A stretch of 33,021 bases of DNA from Octopus bimaculoides (GCF_001194135.2 NC_068985.1:104128560-104161580), one strand, 5' to 3'. Counted from the first letter of the stretch, positions 1-10,513 are shown. Numbers and translations are program-made. The notes: generated by a model from the letters alone, not told the origin.

Positions 1-94
1 CATACGCACACACGTATGAGCATGAACATAAGGTTTATTTCACTTTTATTTTATTTTATTCATTTTGTATTTTTACTCTTCTATACTGTAACTC

Positions 95-107
95 ATTATT
101 ATTATTA

Positions 108-165
<58 letters not shown>
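95..165. repeat. (ATT)n microsatellite
   Basis: Direct reading of near-perfect ATT repeats. Confidence 0.97.
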
Positions 166-464
166 GTTTATTAAAAATAATAATTTTAACACATACGTGC
201 AAACACATACACACATAATAAACATGCTTACGTACTCTTAGTCTATTGGAGCATTTCAACCAATCAAAAGGTAATCTCTGTACTGTCCTTTTTCATGCAC
301 TGAAGATTTTCCACCTTAGTCATTTTGATATGCAAACTTATATATTCATATATGTTTTACAATTTAAATTGGATGTGAACTGAAACAATTGTAGGTAATG
401 ATGATAATTAATTAATAAATTAACTTATATGCATTGAATCTCTCCATTTTCAAACTTAGGAATT

Positions 465-572
465 ATATACATATATATATGTATGTACTTATGTACTTAT
501 GTATGTATGTATGTATGTATGTACGTATGTATGTATGTATGTACGTATGTATGTATGTATGTATGTATGTAT
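465..572. repeat. (TA)n/(TATG)n microsatellite
   Basis: Direct reading. Confidence 0.95.
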
Positions 573-715
573 AGTCTTGATAAATACAGTTGGGCAGCTG
601 TATTTAAAAAGACTTGTGGTTTTCATTCTGACATTATCTTTACTCTCTTAGCTGATCGAGTGCTTTTCCACTTGTTGAAGCTTTACCTCATATATACATA
701 CACACAAACACACAA

Positions 716-772
<57 letters not shown>

Positions 773-1689
773 CAGTAGCGAGCAAAAAAAAGAGAACGAT
801 TAATATTTTTTTTAATTTCGGAAAAGCTAGTGCGCGTACATTTTTGCAGTTGGTTTCGTAAATACGGTTAACCATTAGCTAAATTTTCTGGAAAACATCT
901 AAGCTGGTACAATGGTCTTAATAAAAGTTAATAACACTAGCACTAACACTAGTTTGGTTCAAATGTCTCATGTGCAAAATAAGAGAATATTCAAACCAAA
1001 AAATGCTTCAATTAACTCCAAATCATAATGATTGAAAGAAATGTAAATAGGAAATTAATACAGTTAGTATGATGTTTGTTGACCTTTGTTAGAGATCACC
1101 TCTGCACATCCATTGCCACAGGACATAAGTTTCCTGCACAAGTCAGGTGTTACTTTCTTCCATTTCTCTTCTAATATCTCCCATAAATTCGTCGTAGTAG
1201 TAGATACCCTTTGTGTTACTTTGTCTCCAAGTATCTTCCAAATGTTTTCAATTGGATTTAAGTCTGGACTTTGCGCTGGCCACTTCATTACTTGGATATT
1301 TTGTTCAGTAAAGAATCCAGTGACACGCTTTGCAGTATGACAAGGGGCGTTATCTTGCATGAAAATGCACGGTTGATTCGGAAATGCTCGTAATGTTGGG
1401 ATCACATGCTGTTTAACAAAATTCAAATAGATATTAGCATTAGAGGGCCAACTCCTTCAGAAGAAATCCTTTCCCACACCATGGCGCTTTCTTTTCCAAA
1501 CTTGGCAGATTTCTTCAGGCACTTGGATTTTAGCCGATCTCCTGTGAAGCGCCTAACATATTCTCAACCATCTGAACCTACTAAATTGATTTTGTTTTCA
1601 TCGCTAAAATGAACTTTCGACCAATGTTTATCCCTCCAGTTCAGAGGAGCTTCTGCAAATGAAGTCTTTCCAATTTGTTCTTGATAATA

Positions 1690-1731
<42 letters not shown>

Positions 1732-2302
1732 CGGAGAACAGGTCTTTAATCCAAATTCCTTCAGACGACGAGACACTGTAAAACGGTTCACTTCCGTACC
1801 ATTATTTACTTTCATTTTCTTAGAAATTCCAGCCGCAGTCTCGCAAGGATCCATCATGGTTCGATCATCTCGCACGGTGGTTTTGCGTGGTCTACTTGTT
1901 GCCTTTTTCTGTTCAAAACCTTTAGTTTCTTCATAGAGCTTAAGAACACGTGAAACTACACTCTTAGATCTCCTTACGTCTCGTGAAATAGCCGAGAGAG
2001 TCATTCCTGAAACTTTCATCCAGACAATTTCTTTTCGAAGGTCGGGAGAAACTTTAGTGTGGTGTGCCTTGTTCGGAAGCTATCACAATACTGTGACAAG
2101 GAATCTAATCATTCCCTTATTTTGCACATGAGACTAACTAGTATAGTGTTATTAACTCTTACTAAAACCATTGTACAAACTTAGATTTTTCAGAGAATTT
2201 AACCGTGTTTACGAAACCAATTGCGAATTTGCACGTTCACTAGCTTTTCCGACATTTAAAAAGAAATTTAATCGTTCTCTTTTTTCTTTTTGCTCGCTAC
2301 TG
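773..2302 (-). mobile_element. Full-length decayed Tc1-family DNA transposon with long (~190-215 bp) TIRs and TA target duplication
   Basis: Left end TA|CAGTAGCGAGCAAAAAAAAGAGAACGATTAA, right end TTAATCGTTCTC...TTGCTCGCTACTG|TA. TIRs about 773-988 and 2111-2302. Transposase remnants lie between them. Inserted in a (TATG)n tract. Confidence 0.95.
1064..2077 (-). pseudogene. Tc1 DD34E transposase pseudogene
   Basis: N-terminal HTH region (DLRKEIVWMKVSGMTLSAISRDV...RPRKTT), HFSDE, AMVW.RISSEGVGPL, FMQDNAPCH and WPAQSPDLNPIEN, with 34 residues between the second D and E. Broken by TGA at 1564-1566, a deletion/frameshift near 1440 and a 37-nt A run. Confidence 0.95.
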
Positions 2303-2328
2303 TATGTATGTATACATATATACATGAT

Positions 2329-2360
<32 letters not shown>

Positions 2361-2879
2361 GGGAGAAAGAGAGTCATGCACACACACACATAGATACACG
2401 CACATATATTCATATACGTGTGTGCGAGTGCGCACGTGCGTATGTGTCAGCGTCTTGAAATATTTCCAACAGCAGTCCTTACGACACAAATGGGATTCTC
2501 TTGAAAGTCTTTTGTTCCGTGTACAGAAATGCCATATGTAGTTCATTCGCCATGTTTGAACTACATCGTAACTAAACGACGGTTTAGATTGTCCGGTCGT
2601 ATAAAATGCTTGGAGCACAACTGATTTGCTAAAACACTAAGGAAAATTCTTGTAATGCAAGCCAAAGAAAAGCTTTATAAATATTGTCTGAAAGATGCTT
2701 TTGTAACGTGATTACTGTGTGTCACTTTTGTATCCTACACTATTACAGTGTGATATATAGTACCACGGAACGGAGTAGACACAAACTGCCTACACTTGAT
2801 GTATTCCCAAATACTCTGCCAGCAACTATAACCAATCCAAAACAACTCTCAACGAATTATAACAACTTCTCAACAATTT

Positions 2880-3420
2880 CCTGCGACTCCACGAACTCAC
2901 GAATGACATCGTACGACTTCCTGCGATTTCTCATCCCCCGTTCTCAGTCAAACACGCTGCTACTTATACGAGATCGGCTAGTTCATTCTCACGGGCGGGG
3001 GTATCATGATTCTCTCCATAACATAAACCAACATTGAAATCAACATCTGTGAATGTCAAGCATCAAAGAGATGCCGGTAGAGAAGTTTGGTTTCTAATTG
3101 CATTAACCCTTTCAACTTGTGAATAAGCTTCAGCGGTTGCAATTTCATTTGTTTATATACCTCCTAGAAGACGCAAGAGCGATCGGCTGCTTGGTTTTGT
3201 GCATCCAGCTGAAAATAACGATGTTTCTGCCAATTGCGAGATTTACAGTCAAAACCTATGTTGTCGTCTGCTTTTGTGTCTTCCACGGTTATAGTGAAAC
3301 AAAATCGCGCCCGCTAAAGCGTACTCAGGGGTTCATAGGGTTAATGGCTTTGAAACGAAGCGCATAGTATCTGCTCAACCGAAACGTGATGCGCGAAATA
3401 TAGCGGATTTTGAACCTCTT
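2880..3420. promoter_or_regulatory. CpG-rich, promoter-like island with a GC box (GGGCGG near 2994-2999)
   Basis: Many CG dinucleotides relative to the AT-rich flanks; no match to the repeats seen elsewhere in the window. Confidence 0.35.
3221..3367 (+). CDS. Candidate 48-aa secreted prepropeptide (signal peptide, then KR-TQGFIGLMAL-KR)
   Basis: MFLPIARFTVKTYVVVCFCVFHGYS has basic n-, hydrophobic h- and G-x-S c-regions; FIGLM is at 3332-3346 between dibasic sites. No homology search was possible. Confidence 0.3.
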   Translation: MFLPIARFTVKTYVVVCFCVFHGYSETKSRPLKRTQGFIGLMALKRSA

Positions 3421-3699
3421 AAAGAGAAAGGTTCAAAGCAGACCATACCATGTAAGGTCACTAATCCTGTATGTGTATTTCAAAAGCAGAAGTTAATTAG
3501 CCGTGAACGGCGTCATGTTACTGATGATGATATTGAACAGAAATATCACAACCCAGCTGGTTATACTCGCGGTTTGTGTAACAAAGTGCGTTGTTCTGCA
3601 GGTGGGTTCAAACATCTTTTCAAAACATGCTACTACCCAAATGAACAAAATTCCAGCAGATGGGCTGAAATGTTCAACTTATGCTTTATATTTACATAA
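3298..3699 (+). CDS. 133-codon stop-free frame of unknown product; candidate coding exon, possible donor CAG|GTGGGT at 3601
   Basis: NKIAPAKAYSGVHRVNGFETKR...HVTDDDIEQKYHNPAGYTRGLCNKVRCSAGGFKHLFKTCYYP...; protein-like composition, but no in-frame ATG near its start. Confidence 0.35.
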   Translation, partial: NKIAPAKAYSGVHRVNGFETKRIVSAQPKRDARNIADFEPLKEKGSKQTIPCKVTNPVCVFQKQKLISRERRHVTDDDIEQKYHNPAGYTRGLCNKVRCSAGGFKHLFKTCYYPNEQNSSRWAEMFNLCFIFT

Positions 3700-4034
3700 C
3701 ATGAGTCGCAAAGTACATATTCGACGAAAGAATGATTTCTAAAATCATCCACGATAAGAAAACTTACCTAAAGAACTATCGTCAAATATCTGAGAATTGT
3801 TTACACACTGACACGAGTTCAGTGACGCCATCTACATTTGGCTTTCGGTGGTTGACCCCTGTTCACTTAATTAGCCGAATTCATGTTGTTAGTCCCTTAG
3901 GACAAGACAGTTTTTTAAAAGTCAAATATTGTATTAGTTTAACGCTTAAAAGGAAAGGAAGGAGTTTACAAGTTTGTGAAAACTTGTCCCACCTTCGTCG
4001 ACTTCATGTTCATTGCTTTCTTTATTCACACACA

Positions 4035-4166
4035 CTGTGCCGCTGGACTGGCGCCCGTGCAGGTGCCACGTAAAAGACACCATTTTGAGCGTGGCCGTTG
4101 CCAGTACCGCCTAACTGGCCTTCGTGCCAGTGGCACGTAAAAGCACCCACTACCCTCTCGGAGTGG
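4035..4166 (+). mobile_element. SINE fragment cut off by a gap (MetaSINE-like family, from memory)
   Basis: Internally duplicated GTG(C/G)CACGTAAAAG motif followed by CACCCACTACCCTCTCGGAGTGG. Confidence 0.5.
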
Positions 4167-5155
4167 NNNNNNNNNNNNNNNNNNNNNNNNNNNNNNNNNN
4201 NNNNNNNNNNNNNNNNNNNNNNNNNNNNNNNNNNNNNNNNNNNNNNNNNNNNNNNNNNNNNNNNNNNNNNNNNNNNNNNNNNNNNNNNNNNNNNNNNNNN
4301 NNNNNNNNNNNNNNNNNNNNNNNNNNNNNNNNNNNNNNNNNNNNNNNNNNNNNNNNNNNNNNNNNNNNNNNNNNNNNNNNNNNNNNNNNNNNNNNNNNNN
4401 NNNNNNNNNNNNNNNNNNNNNNNNNNNNNNNNNNNNNNNNNNNNNNNNNNNNNNNNNNNNNNNNNNNNNNNNNNNNNNNNNNNNNNNNNNNNNNNNNNNN
4501 NNNNNNNNNNNNNNNNNNNNNNNNNNNNNNNNNNNNNNNNNNNNNNNNNNNNNNNNNNNNNNNNNNNNNNNNNNNNNNNNNNNNNNNNNNNNNNNNNNNN
4601 NNNNNNNNNNNNNNNNNNNNNNNNNNNNNNNNNNNNNNNNNNNNNNNNNNNNNNNNNNNNNNNNNNNNNNNNNNNNNNNNNNNNNNNNNNNNNNNNNNNN
4701 NNNNNNNNNNNNNNNNNNNNNNNNNNNNNNNNNNNNNNNNNNNNNNNNNNNNNNNNNNNNNNNNNNNNNNNNNNNNNNNNNNNNNNNNNNNNNNNNNNNN
4801 NNNNNNNNNNNNNNNNNNNNNNNNNNNNNNNNNNNNNNNNNNNNNNNNNNNNNNNNNNNNNNNNNNNNNNNNNNNNNNNNNNNNNNNNNNNNNNNNNNNN
4901 NNNNNNNNNNNNNNNNNNNNNNNNNNNNNNNNNNNNNNNNNNNNNNNNNNNNNNNNNNNNNNNNNNNNNNNNNNNNNNNNNNNNNNNNNNNNNNNNNNNN
5001 NNNNNNNNNNNNNNNNNNNNNNNNNNNNNNNNNNNNNNNNNNNNNNNNNNNNNNNNNNNNNNNNNNNNNNNNNNNNNNNNNNNNNNNNNNNNNNNNNNNN
5101 NNNNNNNNNNNNNNNNNNNNNNNNNNNNNNNNNNNNNNNNNNNNNNNNNNNNNNN

Positions 5156-5186
<31 letters not shown>

Positions 5187-5623
5187 GTATGTATGTATGT
5201 TTGAATGCATGCATGTATGTTTGTATGTATGTATGTATGTATGTAGTTAACCACAGTATTAAAATATATTCAAAAAGTTGTAACGATGTAAAAAAATAAA
5301 GAAAATTCACTTTGTATATAAATATAAGAGCAGAGATTGTGGAGACAGAACGGTGTTTATATTATATCACAGAAATGGTGCATAAGTTGTGTAAAGAAGA
5401 GAGTGGACAGGGGAAAAGCACAGAAACGAGTCAGGGAGAGAAAGAGAGAGAGAGAGGACGAAGAAAGAGACGCAAAGAGAAGTTGTGTGTGTGAGAGCAC
5501 GTGTATGTGTGCGTGTGTGTGCATATGTGTGTGTTTGTGTATGTATGTGTATGTGTGAATGTGTGTGTGTGTATGCGTGTGTACTGCATGTGAGAAAAAT
5601 GGGACAAAAAAAGAGCCGAGAAG

Positions 5624-5633
<10 letters not shown>

Positions 5634-5677
<44 letters not shown>

Positions 5678-5707
5678 ACAGACAGACAGACAGATAGACA
5701 GACAGAC

Positions 5708-5738
<31 letters not shown>

Positions 5739-5862
5739 AGGAGAGAAAGACAGACAGACAGACAGAAGGAGAGAAAGACAGACAGATTGATAGATAAACA
5801 GATAAATAGATAGATAAACAGGTAGAATAGATAGAGAGATAAACAGACAGACAGACAGACAA
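5634..5862. repeat. (AGAT)n/(AGAC)n compound microsatellite
   Basis: Direct reading. Confidence 0.95.
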
Positions 5863-6269
5863 AGAAAGGAAAGAGACAAAAACAATGTAGAATTAATCGC
5901 ATGTGTGTACGTGTAGCCACACAGAGTTAAACACCACGGACGTGACAAGACTGGGTGCCATCTGACTGGGTGTCATCTGTGATATCTTAAAGAATTTTAG
6001 GAAAACCAGCATCCGTAATCAGTGCGAAGTGGGTAGTACCGAAAATACGTTTTAATCAAGGCAAATTTCATTAGGTTTGGCTATGCAGTGCGTGGGTAAG
6101 TTTAGAATATACAGACATATCCTGAGTATTGAAATACCGAAATTAAACGCCAGATATGAAAACAAAAATACAGAAAAGAACATCACCGATGATCTAAACT
6201 TACTGCTCTTATCATTCTTTCTTTTAAGGCGTTGAACTGACAGACAAAATGCATGCCGAACAAAACGTT

Positions 6270-6483
6270 AAGCAGCATTACGGGCGAAATGCTTAGCGGT
6301 ATTTCGTCTGCCGCTACGTTCTGAGTTCAAATTCCGCCGAGGTCGACTTTGCCTTTCATCCTTTCGGGGTCGATTAAATAAGTACCAGTTACGCACTGGA
6401 GTCGATGTAATCGACTTAATCCGTTTGTCTGTCCTTGTTTATCCCCTCTATGTTTAGCCCCCTTGTGGGCAGTAAAGAAATAA
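6270..6483 (+). mobile_element. SINE family B (tRNA-derived head, Nin/Deu-like central domain)
   Basis: GAAATGCTTAGCGG...GAGTTCAAATTCCGCCGAGGTCGACTTTGCCTTTCATCCTTTCGGGGTCGAT; the same sequence recurs many times in the window. Confidence 0.88.
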
Positions 6484-6863
6484 GCATTACGTCCGTCATT
6501 ACGCAATGTGCTTAGTTTCCGCCGAGGTCTAGTTTCGGTGGTGATAGAATCGGTGTCATTTGAGCACCCAGGTCGACGTAATCNNNNNNNNNNNNNNNNN
6601 NNNNNNNNNNNNNNNNNNNNNNNNNNNNNNNNNNNNNNNNNNNNNNNNNNNNNNNNNNNNNNNNNNNNNNNNNNNNNNNNNNNNNNNNNNNNNNNNNNNN
6701 NNNNNNNNNNNNNNNNNNNNNNNNNNNNNNNNNNNNNNNNNNNNNNNNNNNNNNNNNNNNNNNNNNNNNNNNNNNNNNNNNNNNNNNNNNNNNNNNNNNN
6801 NNNNNNNNNNNTGTGGCATTCAAGTACTGAGGTCGAAATTTTTGGTATTGTGCCAAAATTGAC

Positions 6864-7168
6864 AGCGTTCCGCCGGTTACGACGACGAGGGTTCCAGTTG
6901 ATCTAATCAACGGAACAGACTGCTTGTGAAATTAACATGCGTGTGACTGAGTACTCCACAGTCACGCATACCCTTAACGTAGTTCTCAAAGAGATTCAAT
7001 GTGACACAGAATGTGACAAGGTTGACCTTTTGAAATACAGATACTACCCATCTTTGCCAGTTGAGTGGACTGGAGCAACGTGAAATAAAGTGTCTTGCTC
7101 AAGGACTCAACGCGTTACCAGGAACTGAACTCACAACCTTACGATCTTGAGCCGAATACCATAACCAA
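6864..7168 (-). mobile_element. SINE family C' (tRNA head, CCTTGAGCAAG core, 3' tail shared with family C)
   Basis: Tail matches 30715-30890 in reverse complement; head differs and resembles 29515-29640. Confidence 0.8.
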
Positions 7169-7185
7169 AATTAGAAAGCCTTAAA

Positions 7186-7415
7186 AGGCGGCAAACTAGC
7201 GCAGTTGGTACCGCGTCGGGCAAATTGCCTAGCGACAGTTTTTTACTATCTTTTTACGTTCTGAGTTCAAATTCTGCCGAGGTTAGCTTTGATTCCTCGT
7301 TTCGGTATCGATAAAATAAGTGTCATTTGAACACTGAGGTCGATGTAATTGACTGAAGATCTCCCCTAAAATTGTTGGCCTTGCCAACCTTGAGCCAAAA
7401 TTTGAAATCCTTATT
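7186..7415 (+). mobile_element. SINE family B, degenerate
   Basis: GAGTTCAAATTCTGCCGAGG...TCGATAAAATAAG...GAGGTCGATGTAAT...CCAAAATTTGAAA. Confidence 0.8.
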
Positions 7416-7549
7416 CCTTCTATGAATGCGTTCATCTTGCTTCCATCTTCTCGCTGCAACCATGCTTTCCGTTATTGCCTTTTATAATCGTCTATGGTAT
7501 GCTCCCAGCCAACCGTCCGACAAGTATTGCCAGCATCATCCGCAAGAGA

Positions 7550-7965
7550 GCTTGTATATGGTTGCTCGAACTACTAGAAATAAATGCTAAATCTTCTTCA
7601 AATCACACCACAATCAACAAAAAGTGATACGCTAGTAACGTGGTGACAGGTTTACTGCACATAGTAAAGAAAGTGATGTCTACGGTTGGAATGTCTTCTA
7701 TCATAGGTCAGTTCGATCAGAGTTAAACTGGAGTTAACCTATTAGCCAACAATTACCTCCACCACTACCAACAAAAACATCAACTTTAAGTCCATAAAGG
7801 ACTCTGTATGGTTATTCGAGTTGCAAAAGCTAGAAGCTAAATCCCCTCATATCACATTTTACCGACATAAAAAGGAAGACATATTTGTTAATGCATGTAG
7901 TTGTAGATGCACAAAAACGGCGAAATCGTTCGTGACTTGATCATAAATCTGCTGAATAAAGATTG
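7550..7965 (+). mobile_element. Two degenerate copies of another interspersed repeat (family D), about 7550-7745 and 7805-7965
   Basis: Both share GTATGGTT..TCGA...CTAAATC...TCA.ATCACA and end GATCATA..TC.G.TC/GAT; a further end fragment near 9102-9150. Confidence 0.5.
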
Positions 7966-8492
7966 ACTCGGGGGTTAAGCAGCAATTATAATAGCCGTTA
8001 CAGATGTAGTTAAACAGTGACTGAAAATCACTGATGTAAATAGACGGCATGCTGAATAGGAATTTGTTAGGTGCAATAGAAGGAGTATAAGTTCAAAACA
8101 GCAATTTGTGTATCATGCTTAAATCAGGTCACTGAAAGTCTCATTTACTAAATCGGTAATGGTTGATTTTGTCTTAACATGCGGTTACCACTGGATACGT
8201 CCTACTGACGAAATCCAAAGAAGCAGAAACGTGCATTTAACAATGTTCCATTGCTGTTGGATAATGTTCCTCTACTACTGATATATTTTTGCGTTTTTAA
8301 CACTACACGTCTATAATAGAGGCTTCCTCAAGACGAATACCGCAGTTTATTAGGCGTTCATTGATATATCTACTTTAAGTATAATACACAGATTACTATT
8401 TTCTGCTTGTCATACATAATGAATTATAAATTATATATATATTTTCTATATTATATACTACGCATGGAAAGGGCGACTTACTCACCTTTTTA

Positions 8493-8890
8493 AGGTCTAC
8501 CACTGAAGATAAAGGTGTAAAGTGTTACAGTGCTTCCTTGCTTTCTCTGTGCCACTGAATGCATGGCCCAGTATCGCGGGCACACCAAAGCTATGATACG
8601 AGTCCAACTGCACTCCATTTTGCATATTAGATGAGAGGATCACATTCCTGATGTAGAGGTCCTGCACCACGCTTGCACAGTTAGTGTGGAAGCCTTCATT
8701 ACCTCAACGCAGCTGCACTGGGCAGGACATGTTTACAAGATGGAGGGCAGAAGAGCATGTGAGAAGCATCGAGTAGCTTCACCTGCAGCATGTCATCTCC
8801 GCTGTGTCAAGTAGCTTCACGTGCAGCAGATGTCATCGCTGTTGCAGATGAAGAGCAGGCTTTGTAGCCCACACGTGCGCCTACCAGGGA
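8493..8890 (+). mobile_element. RTE (BovB-like) LINE ORF2 3' remnant
   Basis: LPLKIKV*SVTVLP...YRGHTKAM...SILHIR*EDHIPDVEVL...SVEAFITSTQLHWAGHVYKM, then C-terminal zinc-finger-like FTC..CHRCCR..AGFVAHT; stops, frameshifts and a deletion. Confidence 0.85.
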
Positions 8891-8975
8891 TCATTTCTGT
8901 CAACGTCGACAGCTGAAGTGGATATTACATTCTAAATAGAACTATACTACCTAATGATAAGACAATCCTGTCAAC

Positions 8976-9088
8976 TATAGGCATAGGACTTGAAATATGT
9001 GGGGAGGGGCTAAGTCGATTACAGCCACCCCAGTGCATGACTGCTACTTAATTTATCGACCCCAAGAGGATGAAAAGCAAAGTTGAAA
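8976..9088 (-). mobile_element. SINE family B, 3' half
   Basis: Reverse complement of CTTTTCATCC...GGGGTCGATAAAT...CTGGGG...TAATCGACT...CCTATAG. Confidence 0.75.
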
Positions 9089-9721
9089 ATATAATAGTTG
9101 GAATGACTTAAATCATGAATCTGCTCGATCAAGTTACCCTTGAGTTAAACAGCAACAGAGTAATATTCACGAATGCTTTTGAAGTGAGGGGCACGGTCAG
9201 AGACTGATGGTTTTATCAGTGTTTATTAGCAGCATAAAGGGAAATGACTGCAAACGAAACACGAAACCAACTCGTGTATACAATTCAACGGAAGTTTATG
9301 TGATTCAATGCGCAAAAGATGTGTGTATATGATACTACGGTGTGTGTGTNNNNNNNNNNNNNNNNNNNNNNNNNNNNNNNNNNNNNNNNNNNNNNNNNNN
9401 NNNNNNNNNNNNNNNNNNNNNNNNNNNNNNNNNNNNNNNNNNNNNNNNNNNNNNNNNNNNNNNNNNNNNNNNNNNNNNNNNNNNNNNNNNNNNNNNNNNN
9501 NNNNNNNNNNNNNNNNNNNNNNNNNNNNNNNNNNNNNNNNNNNNNNNNNNNNNNNNNNNNNNNNNNNNNNNNNNNNNNNNNNNNNNNNNNNNNNNNNNNN
9601 NNNNNNNNNNNNNNNNNNNNNNNNNNNNNNNNNNNNNNNNNNNNNNNNNNNNNNNNNNNNNNNNNNNNNNNNNNNNNNNNNNNNNNNNNNNNNNNNNNNN
9701 NNNNNNNNNNNNNNNNNNNNN

Positions 9722-10015
9722 GAGAACTCCACAGACACATGTACCCTTAACGTAGTTCTCGGGGATATTCAGCGTGACACAGTGTGACAAGGCTGACCCT
9801 TTGAATTACAGGCACAACAGAAACAGGAAGTAAGAGTGAGAGAAAGTTGTGATGAAAGAGTACAGCAGGGTTCGCCACCATCCCCTGCCGGAGCCTCGTG
9901 GAACTTTAGGTGTTTTCACTCAATAAACACTCACAACGCCCGGTCTGGGAATCGAAACCGCGATCCTATGACCACGAGTTCGCTGCCCCGAACCACTGGG
10001 CCATTGCGCCTCCAC
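9722..10015 (-). mobile_element. SINE family C, 3' end lost in a gap
   Basis: Near-identical in reverse complement to 30532-30800; head GTGGAGGCGCAATGGCCCAGTGG with B-box GGTTTCGATTCC. Confidence 0.9.
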
Positions 10016-10042
10016 TTGTGCATGCATGACTCTCTCTATATA

Positions 10043-10172
10043 CAGGTTGATTCAAAAGTCGCCATACATAAGAACAATTTATTTTTTATAAGAAACAGTT
10101 TTTGTTTTTATTTAACTGTTTCTTATAAAAAAATAAATTTTTCCTGTGTATGGTGACTTTTGAATCACCCTG
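10043..10172. mobile_element. 130-bp fold-back MITE of the Tc1/mariner superfamily with TA target duplication
   Basis: TA|CAGGTTGATTCAAAAGTCGCCATACA ... TGTATGGTGACTTTTGAATCACCCTG|TA; arms 10043-10100 and 10114-10172 are complementary almost throughout. Confidence 0.9.
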
Positions 10173-10474
10173 TATGTTTGGCTGCGCGCGTGTTTGTCTA
10201 CGTACCTACACACTCACCAACACCCACATACATATTGACTACCGTCTATATACGCACGTTTTAACAGAACTTATGTATTCATACGAACACAAATATACAG
10301 ATAAAAGTACACATTCATGCATATATGCACACACACACACACACACGCACAACTATATCCATAGTGACGTGATGAAATTTGTGTACATTTCTATGTCATT
10401 AAACTTCCAAATTGCACGTCACTGTATGTCTATGTACGTACACGAGTGTGCGCGCATGCGATTATGGGTGTGTA

Positions 10475-10513
<39 letters not shown>

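Noticed and set aside
2483-2636. Minus-strand open stretch CFSKSVVLQAFY...ESHLC with possible splice sites
   Set aside because: Weak donor, a competing AG near the acceptor, and a length expected by chance
3103-3344. Possible piggyBac-like MITE (TTAA|CCCTTTCAAC ... GTTCATAGGG|TTAA)
   Set aside because: Only about 10 bp of imperfect TIR and no second copy in the window. It remains an alternative explanation for the FIGLM ORF region; BLASTN copy number would decide.
3768-3830. Perfect minus-strand donor TAG|GTAAGT with open frame MASLNSCQCVNNSQIFDDSSL
   Set aside because: No convincing acceptor or start context, and no recognisable protein
5949-5978. 15-bp tandem duplication GACTGGGTG(C/T)CATCT
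   Set aside because: Two units only; ordinary local duplication with no sign of function
6001-6095. Plus-strand donor TGG|GTAAGT with 95-nt or 21-nt exon options
   Set aside because: The 95-nt version has stops in all frames; the 21-nt version has a poor acceptor
8200-8240. CTGACGA...GAAACGT hammerhead-like words
   Set aside because: Neither stem I nor stem II can be formed
8486-8502. Minus-strand 17-nt microexon (TTCAG|TGGTAGACCTTAAAAAG|GTGAGT), phase-compatible with the exon candidates at 25283 and 19566
   Set aside because: The acceptor and most of the exon lie in the antisense RTE remnant, so coincidence is likely; only junction reads could rescue it as an exonisation
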